From an uncultured Holophagales bacterium (lineage in GTDB: Bacteria; Acidobacteriota; Thermoanaerobaculia; Multivoradales; UBA5704): DNA of 64,000 bases. A program made the translations under genes and the position numbers. The notes beneath the pieces were generated by a model that ran no database searches, was not told the origin of the DNA, and was given only the letters and a program-made list of their open reading frames with translations. Every line of letters begins with the position of its first letter. Positions within the stretch are counted from its first letter, which is position 1. Positions 38,110-48,793 of this stretch are shown piece by piece. The stretch lies in NCBI GenBank assembly GCA_963842525.1, contig CAWJGT010000009.1:256001-320000 (forward strand), in the 5' to 3' direction.

Positions 38110-39601
38110 GGAGAGAGAGCGGGCGACCCTGATCGCGACCCTTACGGCGCCACCGGCGCCGAAGGATCCTGGTTTTGCCGCGGCGCTCGACGGGGTCGAT
38201 TGGCTGGAGGTGCGGGCCGATCTGACGGGCGACCTGGACCCGAAGCCGTTGCGCCGGCAGCTTGATGGCAGGAAGCTCCTCTACACCCTGCGCAGCCGGG
38301 CCGAGGGGGGCTCTTTCGACGGCTCGCCCGAGGGCCGCAAGCGCCGGCTCCTCGACGCCGCTGCGCGGTTCGATCTCGTCGACCTCGAAGCGCAGCGCGA
38401 TCTCTCTCCCGACCTGCTCAAGGCGATCCCGCCCGGGAAGCGGGTCATTTCCTGGCACGGACCGGCTACCGGCTTGCCGGAGCTCCAGGCCTGCTTCGAG
38501 CGGATGGCTGCCGTCGATGCCGTCCTCTACAAGCTGGTCCCCGCGGCGGCGCAAGCCGGCGAGGAGCTGCCGCCGCTCCTCCTCCTCGCCAGCCTGGAGC
38601 GTCGCGATGTGATCGCTTTCTCGACCGGCAATACCGGCGCCTGGACGCGCCTGGTCGCGCCCCATCTCGGCGCACCGATGGTCTACGGTGCGCTGGGCGA
38701 CGTCCCCGGCGCGCCGGGGCAGATCCCGATCCGCCGCCTGCGCGAGGACTTCGGCCTGCCTGCGCTACGGCCGGTCCGGGCGCTGTATGGCATCGCCGGC
38801 AATCCGGTCGCGCACTCGCTCTCGCCGCGCCTGCACAACGCCGCCTATGCCGCCCTGGGCATCCCGGCGCTCTACGTCCCTTTCCATGTGGAATCGTTTG
38901 GCGACTTCTGGCTTGAGGTCGTCGAGTCGCCCGTCCTGGAGCAGGTCGGGATCCCTTTGCGCGGCCTGTCGATCACGACACCCTACAAGGAGGCGGCCCT
39001 GGCTGTGGCCGGTGCTGCGAGCCCGCGGTCCGAGCTGGTCAATTCGGCCAACACGCTTGTTTGGAACGAAGGAGTCTGGGAGGCGGAGACGACCGATCCG
39101 GACGGCGTGGTGCTGCCGCTCGTGCGGCGCGGGATCGACATCGCATCCCGAACGGCGGCAGTCGTGGGGACCGGCGGTGCCGGGCGCGCCGCGGCCGAGG
39201 GGCTCCTGGAGGCCGGCGCCGGCGTCACCCTGGTCAACCGCAGCGCCGAGCGCGGCCAGCGCGCCGCCGAGGTTCTGAAGGTCCCCTTCCTCACGCTCGA
39301 CGAATTCCGGCCCGCCGAGTACGACCTGCTGGTCAATGCCACCTCGCTCGGCCGCGCCGACGGCGAGCCGCTGCCGTTCCCGGTCGAGGACCTGCGCCCG
39401 GGCACCGTCGTGGTCGATCTCGTGTACGGCGACAAGCCGACGGCCCTGGTGCGTGCCGTGGAGGAGTGCGGGTTCCTCGCCGTGGACGGGCGGGAAGTGC
39501 TGGTGGGCCAGGCCCAGGGCCAGTTCCGGATGATGACCGGGCAGGAGCTGCCCGTGGACCTCGCCCTCCGCACGGTGGGGTTGGAGGAGTCCGCGCGATG
39601 A
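38108..39601 (+). CDS. aroDE: Bifunctional type I dehydroquinate dehydratase / shikimate dehydrogenase
   Basis: WLEVRAD, LRSRAEGG, ISWH; then HSLSPRLHN, T.PYKE, G.GGAGRA, VNATSLG. Confidence 0.88.
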   Translation: MERERATLIATLTAPPAPKDPGFAAALDGVDWLEVRADLTGDLDPKPLRRQLDGRKLLYTLRSRAEGGSFDGSPEGRKRRLLDAAARFDLVDLEAQRDLSPDLLKAIPPGKRVISWHGPATGLPELQACFERMAAVDAVLYKLVPAAAQAGEELPPLLLLASLERRDVIAFSTGNTGAWTRLVAPHLGAPMVYGALGDVPGAPGQIPIRRLREDFGLPALRPVRALYGIAGNPVAHSLSPRLHNAAYAALGIPALYVPFHVESFGDFWLEVVESPVLEQVGIPLRGLSITTPYKEAALAVAGAASPRSELVNSANTLVWNEGVWEAETTDPDGVVLPLVRRGIDIASRTAAVVGTGGAGRAAAEGLLEAGAGVTLVNRSAERGQRAAEVLKVPFLTLDEFRPAEYDLLVNATSLGRADGEPLPFPVEDLRPGTVVVDLVYGDKPTALVRAVEECGFLAVDGREVLVGQAQGQFRMMTGQELPVDLALRTVGLEESAR

Positions 39602-40551
39602 GAGTCTCCGCCGCCCTGCCGACCGGTGTCGCGGCCTTGCTCTTCGAGAGCGCCCGGCGCCGCCGCGCCGCCGAGGGCCGGTTGGTGTCGCTCCTCGAGG
39701 GCGCCGGTTATTCGGAGGTGATTCTGCCGATCCTCGACTACCTGGAGCCCTACGAGGCGCTGCTCACGCCGGCGAGCCGCGGCGAGCTCTACCGCTTCAT
39801 CGACCGCGACGGCGAGCAGCTCGCCCTGCGCTCCGACTTCACCCCCATGCTGGCCCGGCTGCTCGCCCCTCAGCTCCAGGGGCTGCCGCTGCCGCTCCGC
39901 CTCTATTACCGGGGCGACGTGATTCGCTACGAGGAGGAGCGGGCCGGCAGGCAGCGGGAGTTCTACCAGATCGGGGCCGAGCTGCTCGGGATGCCGGGAG
40001 AGCCGGCGGAGCGCGAGGTCCTCCGTCTGTTCCTGGAAATGCTGGCGCCGGAGGGGGAGGGAGAGACCCAGGTGGTGCTCGGGTTCGCCGGCGCTCTCGA
40101 CCGCCTGCTGACGGAGGCGGGGGATCCGCTGGCTCTGGCCGCGGCGGTGGCACACCGGGAACGCGGTGTCGCACGGCGGGCCTGCCCCAAGCTGCTGCCC
40201 ATCGTCGAGTCCGGGCTGCCCGAGGAGCCCGAGGACCTTGGGCCCGAGGCGGCCTGCCGCCTGCGCGGGCTGCTCGCCTTGCGGGATGAGCTGGCCGCGC
40301 GCTTCCCTTCTGTGCGGCTGATCGTCGATCTGGCCGAGTTCGCCCGCCACAGCCTCGACCCCCGGCTGTCCGTCGAGGCGGGCGACCGCTCGTACTACGA
40401 CGGCATCGTCTTCCGCGCCTACTCCGGCATCTCGGCGCTGCCGGTGGGCGGAGGAGGCCGTTACGACTCCCTGTTCCACCGGTTGGGAGCCGAGGTCCCG
40501 GCGGTGGGGTTCTCTTTGAGTCTCGAACGCCTGCTGGAGACGCGGCCGTGA
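39598..40551 (+). CDS. hisZ: ATP phosphoribosyltransferase regulatory subunit
   Basis: LRSDFTPMLAR, REFYQIGAEL, YYDGIVF, GGGRYD. Confidence 0.92.
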   Translation: MRVSAALPTGVAALLFESARRRRAAEGRLVSLLEGAGYSEVILPILDYLEPYEALLTPASRGELYRFIDRDGEQLALRSDFTPMLARLLAPQLQGLPLPLRLYYRGDVIRYEEERAGRQREFYQIGAELLGMPGEPAEREVLRLFLEMLAPEGEGETQVVLGFAGALDRLLTEAGDPLALAAAVAHRERGVARRACPKLLPIVESGLPEEPEDLGPEAACRLRGLLALRDELAARFPSVRLIVDLAEFARHSLDPRLSVEAGDRSYYDGIVFRAYSGISALPVGGGGRYDSLFHRLGAEVPAVGFSLSLERLLETRP

Positions 40552-41165
40552 TCCGCCTTGCGCTGCCCAAGGGGCGGAACCTGGAAGTCGCCCGCGCCGC
40601 CTTCCGGGCCGCCGGGCTCCTCGAAGGTCTCGACCTCGGCGGCCGGAGCCTTCTCGTCCAGTTGGACGGGATCGAGGTGCTCTCTCTCAAGGACTGGGAC
40701 CTCCCGCTGTACGTCGAGCACGGCGTGGCCGATTTCGGCATCGTGGGCAGCGACGTGCTGGCCGAGGTGGACGGCGACCTGCTGGTGCCGCTCCGGCTCC
40801 GGGACGGGCGCTCGCGGATGTCGCTGATCGGCCGTGATCCGGAGCTGCCCGCGCCGGGCAGCCAGGTGCGGCTGGCCACCAAGTACCCGCTCACCGCCCG
40901 CCGCCTGGTGGCCGACCGCCCCTGGGGGGCCGAGATCTTCAAGCTCTCGGGATCGATTGAGCTGGCGCCGGCGCTCCATCTCGCCGAGGTGGCGCTCGAC
41001 ATCGTCCAGACCGGACGGACGCTCGCCGAGAACCGGCTGGTCGAGATCGAAACCGTGGCCGAGGTGGCGGCCTGCCTGGTGGTGAACCGTGCCTCGTACC
41101 AGCGCCATCGCGCGCTCTTGAACGACTGGATCAACCGCCTGGAGGCGGCGGGGGTGGCGCTGTGA
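40548..41165 (+). CDS. hisG: ATP phosphoribosyltransferase, short form
   Basis: ALPKGR, ATKYP, GSIELAP, DIVQTGRTL.EN. Confidence 0.95.
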   Translation: MIRLALPKGRNLEVARAAFRAAGLLEGLDLGGRSLLVQLDGIEVLSLKDWDLPLYVEHGVADFGIVGSDVLAEVDGDLLVPLRLRDGRSRMSLIGRDPELPAPGSQVRLATKYPLTARRLVADRPWGAEIFKLSGSIELAPALHLAEVALDIVQTGRTLAENRLVEIETVAEVAACLVVNRASYQRHRALLNDWINRLEAAGVAL

Positions 41166-41167
41166 GA

Positions 41168-41322
41168 CCTCACCCCCGGCCCCTCTCCCATCTCCCACCC
41201 GCCCCTTCCCCGGGAGAGGGGAGAAATTCAAGAGGAAACAGCTCGAAGCATTTTTTAGTCTTCGTTCCCCCTCTCCCGGCGTGGGGTGGTAGGGAGATGG
41301 GAGAGGGGGCCAGGGGGTGAGG
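41168..41322. repeat. REP-like family A inverted doublet filling the hisG-hisD gap
   Basis: cctcacccccggcccctctccc...gggagagggg and inverted copy ending gggggtgagg. Confidence 0.85.
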
Positions 41323-42634
41323 TCTTTGTCGCCGCTCGCGATTCATACGACCTCGTCCCGCGCCGGCCGCCGCGCGGTCGAGCGCCTGACCCGTCGTGGC
41401 GATGCGGTCCTCGACGCCAAGACCCTGCGCCGCGCAGGGCGGATCGTCCAGGCCGTGCGCCGGACGGGGGACCGCGCCCTGCTCGGCTTTGCGCGCGAGC
41501 TCGACGGGGCCGAGACCGAGTCGGTGGCCGGGCTTGCGCTCGCTCCGCTGCCCGGAGACGCCCAGGGCTCCGGTCTGCCTGCGGGTTTCGCGGATGCGTT
41601 GGAGCAGTCCATCGAGGCGGTGAGGACCTTCTATCAGCCGCAGGCGCAACGGGCTTGCGAAGATTTCCGGCAGATGCAGGATGGGGCGGACCTCCGGGAG
41701 GTGGTCACACCGCTCCGCCGCATCGGCATCTATGTGCCGGGCGGGCGTGCAGCCTATCCTTCGACCGTGGTCATGACGGTCGTCCCGGCCCAGGAGGCCG
41801 GCGTGAAGGAAATCGCGGTCGCGACGCCGCCGGGCTCGTATCGGGGGAGCCCGGCGCTGCGCTATGCCCTGGCGACGCTCGGGGTGACCGAGGTGTGGGG
41901 GATGGGCGGCGCGCATGCGGTCGCCGCCTTTGCTTATGGCACCGAGACGATCCGCCGGGTCGACAAGATCGTCGGGCCGGGCAACGCCTGGGTCACCGCG
42001 GCCAAGAAGCTGGTGGTGGGCGATGTGGCGATCGACGGCATCGCCGGCCCCAGCGAGGTGCTGATCGTGGCCGATGCGACTGCCGATCCGGCCGACCTGG
42101 CCGCCGACCTGCTGGCCCAGGCGGAGCACGACCCGCTGGCCGCCGCCGTGTTGATCACTCCCGACCGCGGGCTCGCGGAGCGGGTCTCCGAGGAGGTCGA
42201 GCGCCAGCTCGCGGATTTGCCCACCGCGGAGACCGCGCGAGCCTCTCTGGAAAAGTTCGGCGCGGCCCTGGTGGTGGCCGGGATGGAGGAGGCCTTGGAG
42301 CTGGCCGAGCTGATCGCCCCGGAGCACCTGCAGCTCGTCGGTCCCGCGGCCGAGGCGCTCGCGGACCGGATCACCGCGGCCGGCGCGGTCTTCCTCGGCT
42401 CCGCCACGCCCGAGGTCTTCGGCGACTACATCGCCGGGCCGAGCCACGTCCTGCCGACCTGCGGCAGCGCCCGGTTCGCCTCGTCCCTGGGGGTCGAGGA
42501 CTTCCTGCGCCGCAGCCACCGCATCCGGTTCACCCCCGAGGCCGCTGCGCGCCGGGCGGAACCGCGGCGCCTGCCTGGCCGACGCAGAGGGCCTGCCCGC
42601 CCATGCTGCCTCGGCGCGGAGGAGGGCGTCATGA
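41317..42634 (+). CDS. hisD: Histidinol dehydrogenase (indel near 42560)
   Basis: YVPGG.A.YPS, VGPGN, AGPSE, QAEHD, APEHL; C-terminus AEGLPAHAAS in a shifted frame. Confidence 0.9.
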
Positions 42635-43752
42635 TCCATAAGGTCGATCCCGCCGCTCTTCGTCCGGCCCGAATTGCGCCGCCTGTCGGACATACACCTG
42701 GACCTGACGCCGTGCCGGCACAAGCTGGACCAGAACGAGGTGCCCTGGGACCTGCCGCGACGCCTCAAGGAGGAGGTGGCCGACCCGGCTCCTGGACGCC
42801 GACTGGGCCCGCTATCCGGATTTCCACGCCGACGCCCTCCGCCAGGACCTCGGGCGGCTGCACGGCCACCCGTGGGAGGGGGTCCTGGTCGGCAACGGCT
42901 CGAACGAGCTGCTCGGCGTGGCTCTCACGGCCCTGGTGCCGCCCGGCGAGCGAGGTGCTCGGCGCCGAGCCGAGCTTCGGCCTCTACCGCCCGTTCGTCC
43001 TCAAGGCCGGCGGCGTCCCCCGCTTCCTGCCGCCGCGCCCGGACCTGCGCCTGCCGGCCGACGAGATCGAGGCCGAGGTCGAGCGCAACCCCCGCCGGCC
43101 GGTCCTCCTCTGCTACGCCGAACAACCCCACGGGCGATGCCCTGCCGCCGGACCGCGATCGAGTAGCTCCTGGAGCGCCTGGAGGCGCCGCTCCTCCTCG
43201 ACAACGCCTATGGCGAGTTCTGCCGCTGGGACTACCGGCCGCTCCTTGCCCGCTACCCGCACCTGGTCCTCTTCCGCACCTTCTCCAAGGCCTGGTCGCT
43301 CGCCGGGATGCGGCTCGGCTATCTGCTGGCCGATCCGCGCCTGGTCGCGGAGCTGATCAAGGTCAAGCTGCCCTACAACCTGGGCCACGCAGCGGTGATC
43401 GCGGGCCGGGCTGTCCTCGGCGCCGAGGACGAGGCCCGCCGCGGGTGCGGGTGATCGTCGCCCGCCGCGCGCAGTGGGCGCGCGATGCTTGGCCGAGGAG
43501 GGTCTGGAGGTCTTTCCCGTCGGAGGCCAATTTCCTGCTGATCCGCTGCGGCTCGCCGGAGCGCGCACGGGAGATCTCGGCGGCCTCGCGGCGCGCGGCA
43601 TCCGGGTGCGCAATGTCGGCGGGAGCGGCTCTCCCGGGCTGGCCGGTTGTCTGCGCGTGTCGGTCGGCACGGGCGCGGCGCTACGGGATACGCACCTTGC
43701 TCTGGCGGAGATCCGGGAGGGGGTGGCGGTGGAGGAGTCGAGGTTCGCTTCC
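42631..43752 (+). CDS. hisC: Histidinol-phosphate aminotransferase (several indels; 3' end unresolved)
   Basis: KLDQNE, GNGSNE, PNNPTG, RTFSKAWSLAGMRLGY, LRVSVG spread across frames. Confidence 0.8.
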
Positions 43753-44435
43753 ATGCCTCCTCCGCGGCGGCGGAGCCCTCACCCCCCGGCCCCCTCTCCC
43801 ATCCGCACTCCCATCCCGCCCGGGAGAGGGGGAGAGCAGACAGGGAAAAATCGAGCGGACGACAGGCGAGACGCGGATCCGGCTGGCTTTGTCTCTCGAC
43901 GGCGGGCCGCGGCGGATCGAGGTGCCGAACGGGTTCTTCGGCCACATGCTGACAGGCTCTGGCTGCGCATGGCGGGTTCGGGATCGAGTCTGGAGGCGGT
44001 GGGGGATACGCAAGTGGATCTCCACCATACGGTCGAGGACGTGGGGATCGCCTTCGGCGAGGCTCTCGCCGGCGGCGCTGGGGGAGCGGCGCGGGATCGT
44101 CCGCTTCGCCCATGCCTACGCGCCGCTCGACGAGGCGCTGGCGCGGGCCGTGGTCGACCTCTCGGGGCGCGGCTCGTTCGCGTACTCGGCGCCTCCCGAG
44201 GTGGCGGCCGGCTGGGTGACGGCGGAGTTCCCGCTCACCCTGGTGGCCGACTTTTTCCAGGCCGTGGCCGACCGCGGACGGCTGACGCTCCACCTGGATA
44301 TCCTCGTCTGCCCGCAACGGCCACCATGCCGCCGAGGCTGCTTCAAGGCAGCGGCCCTGGCCCTCCGCCAGGCGGTGGCTCTGCGCGGTGCAGTCGACCG
44401 ACGTGCCGAGCACCAAGGGGACGCTGTCCGCATGA
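43753..44435 (+). CDS. hisB: Imidazoleglycerol-phosphate dehydratase (indels; start unresolved)
   Basis: RTTGET, FFGHML, D.HHTVED.GI, PLDEAL, DLSGR, PSTKG.L. Confidence 0.85.
43777..43832 (+). repeat. REP-like family A unit at the hisC-hisB junction
   Basis: cctcaccccccggcccctctccc...gggagagggggg. Confidence 0.85.
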
Positions 44436-45062
44436 GCCGCCGCGCCGTCATTCGACGCCGGAGTCGGCAACCTGGGCAACCTCGTGCGCGCCCTGGAGCG
44501 GGTCGGCGGCCGGCGCGGAGATCACCGCTCGACCCGGCGCGGGTGGCGGAGGCGACGCTGCCTGCTGCTGCCCGGCGTCGGGGCCTTCGCGCCGCCCCGC
44601 GAGGCCCTGCGCGGTGCGATGGAGGAGGCTCTTCGCGTGGCTCTGGACCGTGGCGCCTGGCTGCTCGGCATCTGCGTCGGCTTCCAGCTCTTCTTCGAGG
44701 CTGGCGAGGAGTTTGGAACCATGGACGGCCTCGGCCTTCTCCCCGGCCGGGTGACCCGCCTGCCGCAGGGCGTGCCGGTCCCCCATATCGGCTGGAACCG
44801 TCTGCACGACCTGGCCGCTCACCCCCTGCTCGCTGGTCTGTCCGAAGGCTGGTACGTCTACTTCGTCCACAGCTATGCCCCCGAAGGGGTGCCGGACGGG
44901 CTCTGCCTGGCCCGTTGTACCCACGGCCGTGTCTTCCCGGCGATCGCCGGTACCGAGCGGGTGATGGGGACGCAGTTCCATCCCGAACGCAGCGGCGAGG
45001 CCGGGCTGCGGCTGCTCGCCAACTTCCTGGAGATGGCCCATGGATCTGCTGCCGGCCCTTGA
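44432..45062 (+). CDS. hisH: IGP synthase glutaminase subunit (5' indels)
   Basis: LPGVGAF, GICVGFQ, PHIGWN, YFVHSY, QFHPE. Confidence 0.9.
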
Positions 45063-45753
45063 CCTGCGCCATGGCCGAGCCGTTCGCCTGCGCCAGGGGG
45101 ACGCGGCGCGCGAGACGGTCTACAGCGACGACCCGCTCGCCCTGCTCGTGGCCTACCAGGAGGCGCGGGTCCGCAGGGTCCACGTGGTCGACCTCGACGC
45201 CGCCTTCGGGGAGCCGCCGCAGCGCAAGCTGATCGCGAAGATGGCCGCCCTCCTGCCCATCCAGCTCGGCGGCGGCCTGCGCGACCGCGAGTCGATCCGC
45301 TGGGCTCTGGAGGAGGCCGGCTGCGACCGCGCCGTGGTGGGGTCGCTCGCGGCCCGAGATCCGGAGCGGTTCCGCGACCTCGCCGAGGAATTTGCGGCCC
45401 GCCTTGTACCGGCGCTCGATGTCCAACAGGGCGAGATCCGGATCGCCGGCTGGACCGAAGGCGCGCGGCGGACGCTTGCGGACGTCTGCGCCCGGCTGCG
45501 CGGCCTCCCCTGCCCGGCGGTCCTGGTGACAGACGTCGAACGGGACGGCATGATGACCGGCCCCAACTTCGAGCTGGCCCGCCAGATCGCCCGCGACACC
45601 GGCTACCCCGGTCTCCTCTCGGGAGGTGTGCACCGGCTGGAGGACCTGCAGGCGGCGCTGGGGATTCCGGAGATCGGCGGCGTGGTCGTGGGCCGGGCGC
45701 TCTACGAGGGGGTCTTCACCGTGGAGGAGGCCCTGGGGGTCGTCGCCCGATGA
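45040..45753 (+). CDS. hisA: ProFAR isomerase
   Basis: [36 protein letters not shown]. Confidence 0.93.
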   Translation: MDLLPALDLRHGRAVRLRQGDAARETVYSDDPLALLVAYQEARVRRVHVVDLDAAFGEPPQRKLIAKMAALLPIQLGGGLRDRESIRWALEEAGCDRAVVGSLAARDPERFRDLAEEFAARLVPALDVQQGEIRIAGWTEGARRTLADVCARLRGLPCPAVLVTDVERDGMMTGPNFELARQIARDTGYPGLLSGGVHRLEDLQAALGIPEIGGVVVGRALYEGVFTVEEALGVVAR

Positions 45754-46515
45754 GCACGCTGACGAACCTCGCGCGGCGGGTGATCCCCTGCCTGGACGTC
45801 CGGGACGGCCGGGTGGTCAAGGGCGTTCGCTTTCAGGACCTGACCGACCAGGGAGACCCGGCGGAGAGCGCGCTGCGCTACGCAGAGCAGGGAGCGGACG
45901 AGATCGTCTTCCTCGACATCACGGCCGCACCCGAGGGACGCGACACGGACCTCGACTGGGTCCGCCGTACGGCCGAGCAGGTGTTCATCCCGCTGACGGT
46001 CGGCGGCGGCGTGCGCAGCGAGGAGGACGCCCGCCGGCTCCTCCGCGCCGGGGCCGACAAGGTGGGGATCAACACGGCCGCTGTCGAGAATCCAGAGCTG
46101 ATCCGCCGGCTCGCCCGCCGCTTCGGCAGCCAGTGCGTGGTCCTTTCGGTGGACGCCCGGCGCCGCAATGGAGACGGCTGGGAGGTGGTCGTCCAGGGTG
46201 GCCGCAAGCCCACCGGGCTTGGACGCACTCGCCTGGATCCGCGAAGGGGTCGAGCGCGGCGCCGGCGAGATCCTCCTCACCAGCATCGACCGCGACGGTA
46301 CGCAGGGGGGCTACGACCTCGACCTGCTTGCCGAGGTGGTCCGCGCCGTCGAGGTGCCGGTGATCGCCTCGGGCGGCGCCGGCACGCCGGAGCACCTCGC
46401 CCAGGCCCTCGCCGCCGGAGCCGCCGCGGTTCTCGCCGCGTCGATCTTCCACCAGGGGACGTATACGGTGGGGGAGGTGAAGAAGGAGCTGGCCAAGGCG
46501 GGGTTTGAAGTGAGA
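45750..46515 (+). CDS. hisF: IGP synthase cyclase subunit (indel ~46210; no stop, reads into hisIE)
   Basis: [40 protein letters not shown]. Confidence 0.92.
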
Positions 46516-46681
46516 CCTCACCCCCTGTCCCCCTCTCCCATCTCCCACCCACCCTATCCCCGGGAGAGGGGGGACGTTGCTCAGGCGGCTGTGGCGAGGT
46601 CGGGCATAGCCGCTCCGGATGAGTTCCCCCTCTCCCGGCGGGGGGTGGAAGGGAGATGGGAGAGGGGGCTAGGGGGTGAGG
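46516..46681. repeat. REP-like family A inverted doublet, open in frame between hisF and hisIE
   Basis: cctcaccccc...gggagagggggg / ccccctctccc...gggggtgagg; translates without a stop. Confidence 0.88.
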
Positions 46682-46683
46682 TT

Positions 46684-47325
46684 CTCCGCCTGCGCTACGA
46701 TGACCGCGGCCTCGTCCCGGTCGTGGTCCAGGACGTGGGGAGCGGCGCGGTGCTGATGCTGGCCTATGCCAACCGCGAGGCCGTCAAGCGGACTCTCGCG
46801 ACCGGCCAGGTCTGGTTCTGGAGCCGGTCCCGGCAGTCCCTCTGGCGCAAGGGTGAGACCTCCGGCAACACCCTGACACTGGTCGACTTGGTCGTCGACT
46901 GCGATGGGGACGCCCTGCTGGTGCGGGCGCGTCCGGCCGGACCGGCCTGCCACCGCGGCACCCGGACCTGCTTCGAGCCCAACCCCGCGCGCATCGAGCT
47001 CGGCTGGCTCGCCGAGATCCTGCACGGCAGGGCCGGTGCCGACCCGCGGGAGAGCTACACGGCCCGCCTGCTCGCCCAGGGGATCGAGCGCATCGCTCAG
47101 AAGGTGGGCGAGGAGGGGGTCGAGACTGCGATCGCGGCCGTCGTGGCTGCATCCGAACAGGGGGAGCACAAGGACAAACGCCGGACCGCTCTGGTGGGTG
47201 AGGCGGCTGACCTGCTGTACCACCTGCTCGTGCTCTTGCAGGCGAGCGGCGTCGATCCCGCGGAGGTGGCGCAGGAGCTCCTCCGCCGGCACGGTTTCGA
47301 CCCGTCGCCGCACGAGAACATGTAG
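46684..47325 (+). CDS. hisIE: PR-AMP cyclohydrolase / PR-ATP pyrophosphatase (C-terminal part of an apparent HisF-HisIE fusion)
   Basis: [43 protein letters not shown]. Confidence 0.92.
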   Translation, partial: LRLRYDDRGLVPVVVQDVGSGAVLMLAYANREAVKRTLATGQVWFWSRSRQSLWRKGETSGNTLTLVDLVVDCDGDALLVRARPAGPACHRGTRTCFEPNPARIELGWLAEILHGRAGADPRESYTARLLAQGIERIAQKVGEEGVETAIAAVVAASEQGEHKDKRRTALVGEAADLLYHLLVLLQASGVDPAEVAQELLRRHGFDPSPHENM

Positions 47326-47337
47326 CGAGGACCACGA

Positions 47338-48793
47338 ATGACCGACCCCGGCCACAACCGCCCGCGACGCGCGGTGCCCCATATCCGCGAGCTGCTCGCC
47401 GACAGCCTGACGCCTCTCGGCGTCTACCGCCGTCTGGCGAAGATCTCTCCCCATCGCTTCCTCCTGGAGAGCGTGAGCGGGCGGCGAGAACGTCTCGCGC
47501 TTCAGCTTCCTCGGCGCCGGGCCGCGGGAGATCTACCGCCTCTATCCGGACCGCCTGGAGATCGAGCGCGGCGGGCGCCGGCGCGACCTTCCCGGCGCGC
47601 CTCTCGACGCCCTGCACGAGGTGGTCCGCGGCGTCGCGGCCGAGCCCGGCCCCATCCCCTTCACCGGCGGGCTCGTCGGCTATTTCGGCTACGACCTCAT
47701 CCGCCTGGTCGAGCGCCTGCCGCACCGTCCCGCCGACCGCTACGGCCTGCCCATCGCGCTCCTCGCCCGCTTCGACACCCTGGTCATCTTCGACCACGCC
47801 CACCAGCGCGTGCTCGCCATCGCCAACGAGATCGAAGGTGAGGTGGGAGTGGTCGCCGCCGAGCGCCAGCTCGCGCGCCTCTCCCGGCTGCTGACCGCCG
47901 AAGGCGGCGGCGGCGCGGTGCCCATGCCGGCGCACGCGCTGCGGCCGGCCGGCACCGAGCCGCCCAGCCTCGACGGCGCGAGCTACCGGCGCGCCGTGGA
48001 GACGGCCAAGGAATACATCGCCGCGGGCGACATCTTCCAGGTCGTCCTCGCCCGCCGCTGGACCGTGCCGCGCCGCGTCGAGCCGCTGGCTCTCTACCGG
48101 GCGCTGCGCATGGTCAATCCGAGCCCCTACATGGCCCTCTTCGAGGCGCCCGAGGTGGCGCTGGTCGGCGCCTCGCCGGAGATGCTGGTCCGCAAGCAGG
48201 GGCGGCGGATCGAGACCCGGCCCATCGCCGGCACCCGGCCGCGCGGCATGGACGCCGCCGGCGACAAGAGCCTCGCCGAGGACCTGCTGGCCGACCCCAA
48301 GGAGCGGGCGGAGCACGTGATGCTGGTCGACCTGGGGAGGAACGACCTCGGCCGTGTCGCCGTGCCCGGCAGCGTCCGCGTGGCGAGCTTCCTGGAGATC
48401 GAGCGCTACAGCCACGTCATGCACATGGTCTCCAGCGTCGAGGCCGAGCTGGAGCACGGCCGCAGCGGGCTCGATGCCCTGCTCGCCTGCTTCCCGGCCG
48501 GCACCGTCTCAGGCGCTCCCAAGATCCGCGCCATGGAGATCATCGACGAGCTGGAGCCGGAGAGCCGCGGCCCCTATGCCGGAGCCATCGGCTATCTCTC
48601 CTATTCGGGCGACCTCGACACCTGCATCACCATCCGTACTCTGGTCGTCGAGGCGGACCGCACCTCCGTGACCGCGGGAGCCGGCATCGTGGCCGACTCG
48701 CAGCCCGCGGCGGAGGAGCGGGAGACGGAAAACAAAGCGGCGGCGCTGCTGGCCGCGGTCGCTCTCGCCGAAGAGCTGGAGGAGTATTCGTGA
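47338..48793 (+). CDS. trpE: Anthranilate synthase component I (indel ~47480)
   Basis: FLLES, GDIFQVV, NPSPY, PIAGT, AEHVMLVDLGRND, SGAPKIRAM. Confidence 0.92.

Noticed and set aside
42674-45232. 852-aa ORF and programmed frameshifting
   Set aside because: Mosaic of hisC/hisB fragments; indels are scattered with no consistent slippery motif
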